Assembly (NCBI GenBank): GCA_000320545.1
Contig: ADNK01001857.1
Location: 21,707-85,706, forward strand
Length of the DNA stretch: 64,000 nucleotides
Direction of reading: 5' to 3'
Source: Bigelowiella natans CCMP2755
Lineage: Eukaryota > Protista > Cercozoa
The notes under the pieces: generated by a model
Told to the model about the DNA's origin: nothing
Database searches by the model: none
The model's input: the letters and a program-made list of their open reading frames with translations, nothing else
Shown: positions 41,128 to 54,126 of the stretch, piece after piece
How positions within the stretch are numbered: position 1 is the first letter of the stretch
Layout: each line of letters begins with the position of its first letter
Made by a program: the position numbers and the translations under genes

Positions 41128-42166
41128 TGCTTATCGACAGCTGCAGCAAATAGAGTAGTAGTTCAGAGAGGGATAATACTTACTACTTCTGTCGCAAATA
41201 TTACTGGTGCTGGTGCTGCTACTACTACTGCTACTACCACTATCATATGTTCTGCTCGGGATTATTACCTTTGAAAGCACTGTACGCTGCAGAATATGTA
41301 CTTCGATCACAGCAAAGATCAGCGAGCTCATGTTCCGAAATACGATGAGAGTAGCCAATCCCGCAAATTTCATCGCTGCGAGCACATCCACGGGGACATT
41401 TTTATTCAAAGTAAATTCAAGCATAAAATGAATTTCATCATCATTGCTTCGTCGTCGTCATCATTATCATCATCATCATAATTTCATCCTCATCATCCAT
41501 CATTTTACCTTGCAAGTTAGATGAAAGATTGAACACGAACAAGAGAGTCGCTATAGACCAGCGCACGACGATTCGAGAATCAAATATTGAGTACTGTTCA
41601 AGGATGTTCCATTCAGTAAAGAAGCACACCATTTCGAAACAACTTCGCCTTTCTATCGACAACGATGCAGAAGGTTACAAAAAATTAAAATATGCGTGAA
41701 TTACTTTCAGCTTTTTCTTCTTTTCCTTTGTTCGTATCAAGTAATCATATCCGATTGATGATACAAAATTGAAAGCAAAGGAACACTGAAGGAGGAGGTT
41801 TGGATACCTACACAAAGAAGGAGAATAAGCACTGCCACGGGCATTTCGTCGAAATGTCTTTACTTACCCCCAAGTGTGGACAGCAACTTTGTTCAGTAGT
41901 GTGAGAATGATGGAAAATAAGGCGTAGGCAGTGCACCATGACGCAACCAGTACAGTGGAAGTCGTTGGTGCTGTGCAATGGGAGGAGCCCTCCTTCATGC
42001 CAAACTTGGGGGGGGATGACTTGTCAGCATCCTCATTGTCGTCATCAACTGCTGTTTCCGCATCATCTATTGCAATGGAACTTCGCGTCGATCTTAAATC
42101 TTTCACTCCATTTCTCGTTGAGTTCTCAGGGGCGCCTGGAGGCCTCTTGCGTTTGAGCAAGGGCAT
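39904..42166 (-). CDS. Golgi nucleotide-sugar transporter (GONST/VRG4/SLC35D-like)
   Basis: Exons with YALFSIILTLLNK, LATLIVFRNMSSLIFAVIE, GFFISTTAIRLQTLISSTSFSVVRNSNK, GIMLSLVGSAWY. Confidence 0.85.
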
Positions 42167-42595
42167 CGTCGTTGGTCAGGACACGTAACTGCTCGTGGTT
42201 GCAGCCATTCGAAAGCAACCACGAACTGATGGTTTATTTAGATATTATTTTATACTATAAATATCTAAATATTCTACATTCCTTTTTCACCGTTAATTAG
42301 ATGTTGTCTATGTTGTTTGTGAGGTTGGCATCGTTTGTGTTTTATTATGGAAGAATGTCCGACGACGTCGCCGCCACACAAAAGGACGACAAGGGAGATA
42401 CATACCCCGAGATACCCTACTGCTGCAATCTATCCCTCTCCCCCCTCTGCGAGGAGAAGACTTGCCGACCGAAATTGGGGACTGAACGCATCGATGGTGT
42501 GGTGAAAAGTAGAAACCTACTTTCACTCTAGATCTCCTTGTAACCCTTCTTGTTTAAGATATTCTTACACCTGGAGTGTGGGTCGGTCATCATCA
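42167..42595. promoter_or_regulatory. Putative bidirectional promoter (nucleotide-sugar transporter / CYP)
   Basis: Divergent start codons 430 bp apart; AT-rich core at about 42230-42300. Confidence 0.55.
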
Positions 42596-44674
42596 ATGAG
42601 AACTACCTTCCCTCTGGCTGCTGCCTTTACCGCTGCCGCTTTCGGGTTGAGTCTTCTCTTGCTAGGAGAACCAAAGCCTGCTACTCTAGGGCAGAGGCTC
42701 TCCCTAGCCCTCTTCTCAGCACAAGCGACGACAAATCCCGTCAAAGCAGTTACTACTACTACTACTACTACTGCTGCTGCTGCCACTCTCCACATCGAAG
42801 CTGCCCGCTTACGACGGGGAAGTGGGAAAATTAGATGGGGCAGGAGATGTATGACAGGGAGAGCTTCCAGCCTAGAGAAAAAGGATGAAGAGGCAAACTC
42901 GGAGACTGGGCGACGACAACAACAACAACAACCAAGGCGAAATAAAATCGATGGGTTCGTAAGCAATAGTAGAATTAGGGGCAGCAATGGCAGGGTTGGC
43001 AGCAATGGAGGTGACGGCGACATGACATTGTCACAACTGCCTCAGATACTCAACGATCTTACGTCCACAATGTCGTCGATTATAGAGACCTCGAACAAGA
43101 TGTTGAAGGAAAAGCCTGAATGGCTACCGCCTGGTCCTGATGCTGACATATCGGTCGGGATGGTTTCAAATCCCGTTGCAACTGTCGCGGAGCTCTCCAG
43201 AGAGTATGGGAAAATTGTAGGGGCACGTATGGCAGGCGAGAACATCGTCCTTGTCGCCGATTCCGACGTTGCGGCATTCATCCTATCAACACGCGCGGCG
43301 AAGAATTTGACCAAAGAGGGCACAGCATTCTTTCCAACGAGTGAGCTGACAGGGAATGGGCTATTAGTATCTGATGGAGATGTTTGGAAGCGACAACGCC
43401 GTTTGGCTAACCCTGCATTTCGCACAGCATCGGTTAATAGGTATAAGGAGGTCATGCTGGATGAGGCTGCAAGTCTGTTTTCAGCTTGGTCATCAGGGAA
43501 AAAAGACGTATACAGAGAATATAATGATTTGACCCTCAGGATAGCTTCCCGAACTCTATTTGGAGCGTCTGTTACGGGCACAGAGGCTGGTGAAATCAAT
43601 GACGCGATAAAGACTGCTTTTACCTTCTTCTCAAAGAGGGCTGCAAACCCCCTTTTGCAAGCTTTGCCATCGTGGGTACCAATACAAGAGAATCTCGAAT
43701 TTGCAGACTCAGTTAGACGACTCGACGCTGCGGTTTTCAAAATAATTCAGGAGAGGAGGAATATGCTACTACTTGACGCGGATAGCGACTGTTCTAATAA
43801 CATATCAAGGAGCGGTAGTAGCAGCAGTAGCAACAGCAGCAGCCGCAGCATCACCAGAGAAGATGCAGGTCCACTGCGACGACGAGAATCTGTAGAGGGC
43901 GGTCTCTTAGACACCCTTCTCCTTGAGAAGGATGAAGAAGGAAAAGGCATGACTGATGAAAGCTTACGGGATGAGCTGAATACCCTTATAATAGCCGGAC
44001 AAGAGACTAGTGCAATTTTACTTGCCTGGACGACTGCTCTTTTAGCATTTAATCCTGCCAGTATCATCAAAGTACAGCGAGAGATCGATGACTTTTTTAA
44101 CAAGAAGAAAAATGAGTTTTCTGATACTGCTATTGATCCTATCGGGGAAGATTATCTTTCTGCCTTGCCTTTTCTCCAAGCTTGCATATTAGAATCTATG
44201 CGTCTCTATCCTCCAGCATTCCTAATGGGGAGGAATGTCAATTCTACGGAGGGTCAACAAATAGGCGATTTCAGCATTCCAAAAGACACCACAGTTCTCT
44301 TAGCACCCTACGTGATCCACAGAGACCCTGCCATCTATCATTCCCCAAACCGTTTTCTCCCTGAGCGGTGGCTGGAAAGCGAGAAGGGTGATAATAATAA
44401 TAATAATAATAATAATAATAGCAGTAGAAGCTGGGTAGAGATCTTGAAAGATGGAGCTCAGAGTGGGCAATACCTCCCCTTTGGTGCAGGTCCAAGAGTT
44501 TGTATTGGAACAGGCTTTGCGATGTTAGAGGCCAGCATTGTGTTAGTCGAGTTGTTAAGACGATTTTCGTTACGACCGACGGGTAAACTCCCAGAGCCAA
44601 ATGCCCTCATAACACTTCGTCCATCTATGTTTGAAGTTGAACTCAGAGCTCGTATGCATTATACTTCTAGATAA
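42596..44674 (+). CDS. Cytochrome P450 (CYP746-like), intronless, with signal- and transit-peptide-like presequence
   Basis: Single ORF, first ATG at 42596. WKRQRR, I-helix AGQETS, ExxR (ESMR), PERW and heme motif PFGAGPRVCIG. The segment KEGTAFFP..LTGNGLLVSDG recalls green-lineage CYP746 (from memory). Confidence 0.93.
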   Translation: MRTTFPLAAAFTAAAFGLSLLLLGEPKPATLGQRLSLALFSAQATTNPVKAVTTTTTTTAAAATLHIEAARLRRGSGKIRWGRRCMTGRASSLEKKDEEANSETGRRQQQQQPRRNKIDGFVSNSRIRGSNGRVGSNGGDGDMTLSQLPQILNDLTSTMSSIIETSNKMLKEKPEWLPPGPDADISVGMVSNPVATVAELSREYGKIVGARMAGENIVLVADSDVAAFILSTRAAKNLTKEGTAFFPTSELTGNGLLVSDGDVWKRQRRLANPAFRTASVNRYKEVMLDEAASLFSAWSSGKKDVYREYNDLTLRIASRTLFGASVTGTEAGEINDAIKTAFTFFSKRAANPLLQALPSWVPIQENLEFADSVRRLDAAVFKIIQERRNMLLLDADSDCSNNISRSGSSSSSNSSSRSITREDAGPLRRRESVEGGLLDTLLLEKDEEGKGMTDESLRDELNTLIIAGQETSAILLAWTTALLAFNPASIIKVQREIDDFFNKKKNEFSDTAIDPIGEDYLSALPFLQACILESMRLYPPAFLMGRNVNSTEGQQIGDFSIPKDTTVLLAPYVIHRDPAIYHSPNRFLPERWLESEKGDNNNNNNNNNSSRSWVEILKDGAQSGQYLPFGAGPRVCIGTGFAMLEASIVLVELLRRFSLRPTGKLPEPNALITLRPSMFEVELRARMHYTSR

Positions 44675-44689
44675 TGAAGACGTACTTTA

Positions 44690-45270
44690 TGATTATATTA
44701 GATGCGCCTGCAGCTACACACCAGCTTATAGCATTGATCTCATCACTCTTGCTGCTGGTACGTTAGCATTCGTACTTGCTAGCTTGCTTGGTTAATGAGT
44801 AATAATCTAGCCTTGTATTCGATCATTATTCCGCTTGTTCCTGTTAGATAGTAACATGTACAGATGGGAATGGCAATAATTTCAACACTTCACAAGTTAC
44901 CATGGCGTATTGCATTCTAATTAATGGTAATGCAGCGCATTGACTTGCGCGTGCATTGATAGCAAGTTGTGACTTGGGGTTGATAGCGTCGCTTTAAGTG
45001 ACTGTCCGTACAGGTGCGGCCATGGCGCGTGGCGCATCTAGACATCTTAGCTTTACATACATGCTTGGTAAAAGCATGCTCTGCGCGCCTTCGTTTGCAC
45101 GCGGGGGAGATTCTCATATTACGTACTCATTTAGATTAGCCGTGTAAGGCATTTGTAGAGAAGTGTCGGCGCAAAAAATGAGTGATACAGCCGCGCCATT
45201 ATAAACAAGCTATATTAGAGTTGCGATTATCTGTGCCATTTGATTAATCATTTGGTCATGTGACAGCTCG
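44690..45270. other. RY-alternating intergenic block (convergent junction)
   Basis: Same word usage, between CYP (+) and the PPR-like gene (-). Confidence 0.65.
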
Positions 45271-45394
45271 TAATCATCTCCCCCTTCCCTTCCGTTGAAC
45301 GATGTTGTGAACCATATGTTGTTGTCTAGGTGGTTGTCGGGAGTAGTTGCAGCACCCAAACCCAACAAATACGTGATATTGGATGACGATTGAG

Positions 45395-45800
45395 CTATTC
45401 ATGATTATCACCAGCATCTTTGCCACCTGCAACCTTGCTGTCGTCAAGAATGGTGAACGAAAAGTTAGTGCTTTTTGCAATGACGTCAAGATAACTGTTG
45501 CTACTGCTGCTGCATTGTCCTGTGCTTGTGGTACTACTACTACTCTTCTCTTCATCATTCGGTCGGTCTATAGAGACGATGATGGAAGACTTGGCCACGC
45601 ATTTTCTTTCAGTAAAATCTAATGATGGGGTAGCTGCTTTCCATTTCATGATTGAGGTCTTTGTAACTCCGACATCACTGATACTCATCCTGCCCATTGG
45701 ACGTGCTAAGGTTTGGAGACCATGAGCTTGTAGCAAGCGCACTATAGCAAGTGTTCCTTGAAAATAGTGTGGAGGTGATGGTGGTGGTGGTGATGATGAT

Positions 45801-45831
<31 letters not shown>

Positions 45832-46184
45832 ATGCATGGTCAACAATATGAGGAGGGCTGGTGCTGCTTCTGCTTCTGCTCTCTTCGAGATGAGCGCCAT
45901 TATCTTCATTTCTGTTCAGAACCAAAAGTTGTTTCGCAGGTCCCTTGTTGCTAAACACTTGCTCGCCAAGAAATGGCAGTAGCACGTCAAGATCTACATA
46001 TGTTGTTGGTAATGATGATGATGAGGATGATGATAGTGATAATCATGTTTCTCAAAATCAATGAGGCGGCAGTGGAAGCATATAGGTTGGATGATGATGA
46101 TGTTGATGATGATGATGATGATGATTCTGAGCTACATGATGCTCCGAGAGTTGAGTTGGGAAAGACCTTCAAGTCAACCTATAC

Positions 46185-46223
<39 letters not shown>

Positions 46224-46830
46224 ATATAAATGTGTGCCCATCATTACATTATTGACAAAGATTCATTCAATGCAGTAGTGTTATGGCTACATATGAGAAA
46301 TGGTGGATAGTTTTGTCAATAATCACTATCATTATCACCATCATGATCATGATCATGATCACCACTATTATCAACAACAACATCGATGTACTCCTCCTCC
46401 TCCTCCCCTCCCCATCTCGTTTCGTCATCTGCATCATCATCATCATCATCATCATCATCACTCAGCAATCAACGTATGGTGTGGTTTGTGCGAGTGGAAT
46501 GGTGCTATAAACGACCACGCATATGTGCTTAATAACTCGAATCGGCACCTACACAATGATAACCATTTAATATCATCATCAGAGACATTGGGCTGCTTGA
46601 ATGGATTTACTCAGGTCTGAATATAAATAGTGTGTTAATAGTTTTCATTGATTTAGCAGCAACTGTAGCTATTATACAATACCGATAACGAGTGTGCAAG
46701 AACAGCGCCTGGATGTGGGAGTTTAGATGCATCTAATTCAGACGCCAACTTCTTCATTGAAAGAGCAGCAGGGTCGTCTCCAGGGTAGGTTTTGCTACTG
46801 CTACCGCTACTACTGCTGCTACTGTTGCTT

Positions 46831-46867
<37 letters not shown>

Positions 46868-46945
46868 CAGTGGAAGAGGAAGAAGAAGATGGAGAAGAGG
46901 ATGCTTTGCTATCATTAGTGTCTTCTTCGTTGCAGCTGGTCCCAT

Positions 46946-46980
<35 letters not shown>

Positions 46981-48216
46981 CTGGTGGTGCGGGGTAGAAT
47001 TTTGCCAGCAAATGAAAACACTCTAGATACCATTGATCCCAACGATGTAGCAGCAGACCAAGGCGATGATGATGATGATGATATCGAAGCTCTACGAACG
47101 TAAGAAAAGAAAAAGAAGAAGAAGAAGAAGAAGAAGAAGAAGAAGAAGAATATATGTCTACATTCAAAACAATTGAATAATAAAAATTATTACACAAACA
47201 AAAGAATCACTACTTATGGAGTGAAAATGTAACAACCTTGTAGCTTCTTCTTTTTCTTTTTTTTCTTCTTCTTCTATTTCTTCTATATTTGCTTTTCCCT
47301 CGATGGTCTCAGGAGTTGGTAGTAGCGAACTCTCAGAAGATAGTGCGCGAATCTGTTCATAATATAGATCATAAAAATGAAGATAGTAGTAGTAGTAGTA
47401 GTAGTAGTAGTGCATGGATCTGTTCATATAGATCGCTGATGATGAGTCTTTTATTGTTTTCCTTTCTTCCACTATGATGATTATTAACTCTACCAACTAT
47501 ATATCACAAGTCACTTATGATCATCACTAGTTTTTGACTTAACAAGATATGCACGACTAATACATGGCCCCTCTCTCAGCCCCCCCCCCCCCCCCCATTC
47601 TCACCACTACTACTACTACTACTACATACCTCTGCAGGAACTAAACGCTCCACGAATTCGAAGAAATCACCTGTGCAATCGATGATAGATATATACGATA
47701 AGTGTACCAGTGGTAATTGAAGCAAGGCAGCTGGATATGGCAGCAGCAGCAGCAGCAGCATCATCATCAGATTCAAGCAGTAACATACTGGTGGTCGCGT
47801 TTTTGTCTTTCTGAATAGTTCTTAGCCCCTTCGCATATCTGGAGGTGAGGGGGGGGGGATTAGAGAAGGAGGAGAAGGTAGAAGAGTGGAACAGGAGGAT
47901 AGGGATGGAATTTGCTGTCAATATTGCTCCGAAACCATCATCATCATCATCATCATTAGTCTTTGTAGATAATGTGATGATCGTAGGAGGCAAAAAGCAG
48001 CAGCAGCAGCAGCACTACCTGAGAATGTAAGGTCGAGACTCAGAGTCCAAGCTCCCAAACACCAGCACCTGAACATAAGTGGTAGTAGTAGTAGTAATGA
48101 TGATGATGAATATGATGATGATGATGATGATGATGATCTTAAAATGGGTAGTAGTAGTAGTAGTAGTAGTAGTAGTAAGTAGTAGTAGTAAGTGTTGGTT
48201 TTGTGGTTGTCATCGG

Positions 48217-48258
<42 letters not shown>

Positions 48259-49406
48259 CCAAATCATGGAGTAAGTTGACGGATTCGGAGCTGCATTTCC
48301 AGGCATCCTTCAAGGTCTCTCCACGCTAAGCAAATGGTTGTTGTTGTTATTGTGTTCGTCATTCATTCATGAATTGATTCATTGCTTCATTCATTAACAC
48401 TGATCCATCCATTTCATTTGTGTCAAAATCAGTAATATCATCAACAATACCAATCATCATCGTCATCGTCATCATCATCATCACCATCATTGTGTTGCTT
48501 TTCCATTGTGCATGCCATCGTGTCATCAGGCTGATGATACTAATGGATTATTCTCAGTTGTTGATCATATATGTTGTTGGTAACAAACACCTTCAATATC
48601 CTCGTATTTTTGAGAGCACCTATAACACCCAGGAGAAGATCTTTGCCTTTTCTATCATATAGAGCTTTGATTCCTAAGGAGCGACCATTCTCGTACGTAC
48701 GCATTAAGAACTTGATGTCTTCCTCTACATTCTACAACAAATATAACGATAATAACAACAACAATAACAACAACAATAATAGGAGAAGAGGGATACAGCA
48801 GCAGCAACAGCAGCAGAAAACAAATAAAATGAAGAACAAATGAGAAGACTTTCTCTACGATTCAAGAAAGAGCATTATTTAAAGGCAAGTGATGATATAT
48901 CCTTTGTGAGGAAAGCATAATTTACAAGCCTCCCTATCATCTCTAAAGATAATAGGTAGCACACGTTTATCGTCTTCTAACCATCTTACATCATTATTCT
49001 AACCATCTTACATCATTATTCTAACCATCTTACATCATTATTCCTCCTCCCAATCATAATCGATCAATACTAAATTAAATCAATCGATATAATCTCGATG
49101 AAATGCTACTACTACTTTTATGCGGTGATGTAGGATATCAGTAGCGATCTTGAGAATGAATATGACAAGGGTTTCTGAGTTTATGTTCATCTTATCCCTG
49201 AGAACCGAAGCTACGTTTGGATGATCTTCAACGAATGCAGTCCAATAAAGACGCAGTGTGCGACGTTCTCCTTTCTCTAATATTCTACACACATTGATTT
49301 CAAAATATGTAGAATAATACAATAATAATAGAAACAACAAGAATAACAAGAACAAGAAGCATAAGACGACAGTAGCAACCATAGAAATGAAAGAAAGCCA
49401 GAGAGA

Positions 49407-49451
<45 letters not shown>

Positions 49452-49947
49452 AAGTTCAATACTAAGCTAATATGCATTGCAAAACACGGTTTTGTCTTCT
49501 CATAATCTCGTCATGATGTGACTGGAAATTTGGTGGCAGTAGCATGCATGGCTATTATTATCGATGATAGTGCAAAGTGCTGATTATTGATATGTATAAA
49601 TATTATGTGTTACCTCCTTAAGATTTGCTCCCATGTTTTGACGGAAAGAGTCGGTAAGGGGGTGCTGTTGACAGCACCAGTGTTTCTACCGATCATGCCA
49701 GGAGGAGGACTGCTGCTGCTCTTAATAAAATTATTGTTATTATTATTATTGTCATTATTATTATTTAATAATTCTCCGTCTGCTGGTGGTGCTCTCCCTC
49801 TACGTTGTCTTTTCCGGAATAATTCTTTCATCTCCCTATCCACATCCCATGAATCGTCCACACAAGACACCACAAATCTAAGCAAGAAGAAGAGGAGGAA
49901 GAACAGAACGAGATGACGTATAATTAGATAATGATTATCAGTTTTAT

Positions 49948-49979
<32 letters not shown>

Positions 49980-50341
49980 TTTGAATGAATTCCTCTTCCT
50001 CCTCCTCCTCCACCACCATCCTCAGTCTCTCCCTTCTTGTTATGGAGTAGTAGTTGTGGTAGTGTAGCAGTAGTAGTAGTAGTAGTAGTAGTAGTACGCT
50101 TGCTGCTGCTGCTGCTGTATTTGATGATTACCGGGCCAAACAGTCGTAGCAAGAATTAAAAGGAATCTCGTTCTCCTTCTGCATCAATGGCAGCAACAAC
50201 AACCACAGACATCAACATTATAGCATCGTCGTCTTCATCTTATCTTCTTTTTCATCATCACCACCACCACCACTATAATCATCATCATCACCATCACCAT
50301 CATCATCATCATCATCATCATGTCATGATTTTATTACTGAA

Positions 50342-50375
<34 letters not shown>

Positions 50376-52785
50376 CTAAGTACTTTGGGCATTAGAGGAA
50401 AGACAAAGAAAGAGACGAAGAAGAAGAAGAAGAATATACAAGTACGACAAACAAACCATGATTTCTCTGAGCCTTCGATATGCCTTGATGTTTTCGGAGT
50501 GATCCCTCACTCCATCTTCGTCTTCTCCAAAGGTCATGATGTGTAGAAGAATTCGCACGTGTTTATAGTTTGGTATCACTGCAGGTTCGCCTCTTGATGA
50601 TGATGACGATGACGATGACGATGATGATGACGATGATAATGCTGCTATTGCTGCTGCTGATGATGCTGATGATGATGATGCCTTGCTCCTCGTGTCGGAA
50701 TGATTGCTGAGGATGATGGATGATCATAATATGAGCAAGCTAACATTTATATCATTTCTACTACGAAACAACAACAACTACTACTACTACTACTACTACT
50801 ATATATATGATGCAGACTCCCGCTATTACGATTGTTGTATGTAGTTGTAATAACGAGATGACGACGAGGATGATGATGATGATGATGATGACGATGACAG
50901 GGCTTAGTATGCATCGTAGTAAAAACATTGTACAATTATCCTTGATGTTAGTTGTATATCTCACGTTTTCATCAATTTAAGAGCCTTTTCGTACATTTCC
51001 ATTGGCCTTTTGATACTGAAGAGATCTTCACAGTAGCAGCATGGGAGAAGAGATAAGTACAAGCATGATTATTGTTCTTATTCTACTACCAACGTCATCA
51101 ATCAACCACTATGTATCTATCAACCATTATGATCGACGATAAGCAGCAGCAGAAGGAAGAGGAGGGGGAGGAGGAGCACAGTGGAGGTATAATATATCGT
51201 TACATCGTGGTTTTATTACCCCTATATTCTTTTGGAGTTGCAGCATACCATTTATAACATTTGCTACAACAAAAGGAAAAAGGAAATTAACATTAGGATG
51301 GAGATGAAAATAAATCAAGCACACACACACACACACACACACACATTGAAGTGTTGTTTTCGTTATCATCCTTATCTTTTTTCATCATCTTGATCATCAC
51401 CACTACCACCACCACCACCATCTTTCACATACAGTAAGTAGATAGAAGAGAGATCATTACTCTCACAATGAGACTGCTACATTATGATGATGATAATAAT
51501 AATGATGATGATGATGATGGAGAGAGAGCTATTTGTTAACGAGCAATACCGTCTATGACCACGCCTTCATCGATCTGAAGATATGTATGTATGTATGTAT
51601 ATATATATATATATATATATGTGAGTAGTTGGACGGCGTGAGTGAGTGCGTGTATGTGTATGTGTGGACATCTCACATTGTACCCAACACACATATGTAT
51701 TGCCATAGAGCACAAAACATACAACATATCCACGTCGTCATTCATCCACATAACATCCTCCATGTTATACTTACAATGGTGTCAGATACTTGCCTCCCTA
51801 GCCGGACAACTGGATTATTATCATTATTCTATTACTAATTAACTATAATACCAAATACTGTTGTAGTTATCTATGTTGGCTCTATTCAATTTTGTCAAAC
51901 AATTTGTTTGTGCTTCTTTCCTCTCAAAATCCTCCTCCTCCTCCTCCTCCTCTAACATCCCCTCCAGTGCAACCACCACCACCACTACCATCATCATCAT
52001 CATCATTAATATCATTTCTTACGTTCCAGATCAGATTTGTTGTTAGCCATGTCTCGTAACCAATTCAGAAGATACGTTCTAAGTCGTCGTCGTCATCATA
52101 AAATAGGCAGCAGCAGACAGGCACAATAACAACAACAACAACAACAACAACAACAATACTGGGTCATAAAGATGATGCGGATGAAGAACAGAAAATAAGT
52201 AAACTACGAAAAAAGAAGAAATCAATGGACGGATATCAGCAAACCTCATTGCCTCATTCCAATCGCTGAATTGCTTAGCGATTGCTTGAAGTATCTCCCC
52301 TAAAGGAGGGAGGGGGGGGGGGCATTGCAGCAAACACGTCAAAGCACTACTGCAGCAGCAGCAGCAGCAGCAGCTTCCCTCCTTCTCTCTTCTTGATTGA
52401 TGTTCAGTATCATTCCTCCTCCTTGTTCTTCTTCTCCTTGTTCTTCTTATCTTCGTCGAATTCTACTACCTAGCTAGCAACGACGTATGATTATTATTAT
52501 TATAACTACCTTTTTGCCTAATGTTTATATCCGTATATCTATGCAGGTTCCTTAGGACTGCCTCATAGTCTGATGCCTCTTTCCCACGAGGTAGCTCTGA
52601 TTACATTATTATCAACAATCATGATTTCTTCTTCATCTTCCTGTTGTAACAATCACTACTTTACACTGGAATAATGATGATATCTCCATGCTACAAATAC
52701 TATGATTACGATTGATTGACTCACGTGCTAAAGCAAATGGGACGATGTCATTTTGAGCTCCTTGCTTGGAAAGTGATCTGTAGCG

Positions 52786-52822
<37 letters not shown>

Positions 52823-52906
52823 TAAATCCGTAGATGATGATGATGAGGAGGAGGAGGACAGGGAAAAACTCAGTCCGTCAGTTAGTCAACAGCAGCAGTA
52901 CACACA

Positions 52907-52943
<37 letters not shown>

Positions 52944-53127
52944 CCTTCCTTCCTTTTAGACTGCAGCAGGGCACACATACATGCCGTTTGGTTGCATTTG
53001 ATTTACAACATCTGCAGTTGTCCCAACCATTACTATCATGGTTCTCGTTCGGTACTCTATATTATTGAGCATATCTCCCCACTACCATCATCCTATTCAC
53101 TCTCCATTGGAGGTAGGTAATCATCAC

Positions 53128-53161
<34 letters not shown>

Positions 53162-54078
53162 GTCGTCATTCTACCGTTGGATTGCTAGGAACAGTTTCAC
53201 GGAATATGTTTGCCTATTTTTGAGCACATGATCTCGCAGCTTCTCTGCGTCTCCTGTAAATAGGTTCATCATCGTTATCATCAACATCATTATTATAACA
53301 ACTTCTCATCCTTGTCGTAGTAGTAGAAACCATTAATGCCTTCCCGTATTGGCGCATGATGTACTGTGTTACTTCTTCTTCCTCTTCATCATCATCTTCT
53401 TCTTTTTCTATATACTTATCAATGTTCATTCGCAAATCGTTCGGCACATAATAAATCATCATCATCATCATAATTATCCTCATAATAATCATTTTTCATC
53501 ATCAATGTTTTTGAATATGATCTTGATGATGATGATACAACCAAGACTTTGAAGGTGTCCAGCGACGTAGATATACCGCAGGTCAACCTAGTAACAACGT
53601 AAGAATAATAATAATAAGAATAGTAATACTGCATCATATTCCATCACACGCCTAAAACACCATAAACCCCCACTATACCAATACCAACCCCCCTCCCCCC
53701 CCTCCTTTAGTTTCAGCAAAGCTAGTTTGTTCAGCACGGATGTGGTGTTGAGCTATCCGACCGACCATTTTGACGTCATTAGCAATCAGGATGTTTTCGA
53801 GTGCCAAGGGAATATCAGGAACACCGCATGCTAATTAACAACGAGCAAACCAAGGTTACGACAACGATAAAAATACAGAACAACGAATAATACAAAGGCA
53901 GCATCCAATGACGATCAGGTTGATCCAAATTGGAATAATCACAAAGCTCTTCTAACTCTTCTTCTCCATTCTGATTCTTCTCCAGTAGAAGTAGTAGTTG
54001 TTGTTGTGCTTCTTCTTCTTCTTATCGTATTCTTTTCTTCGTCTTTCTTTCTTGTGATGGAATTCTTCTTCTGCTATG

Positions 54079-54126
<48 letters not shown>

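Noticed and set aside
43042-43740. 232-aa antisense ORF inside the P450
   Set aside because: Shadow frame of a well-supported coding strand, with no recognisable motifs.
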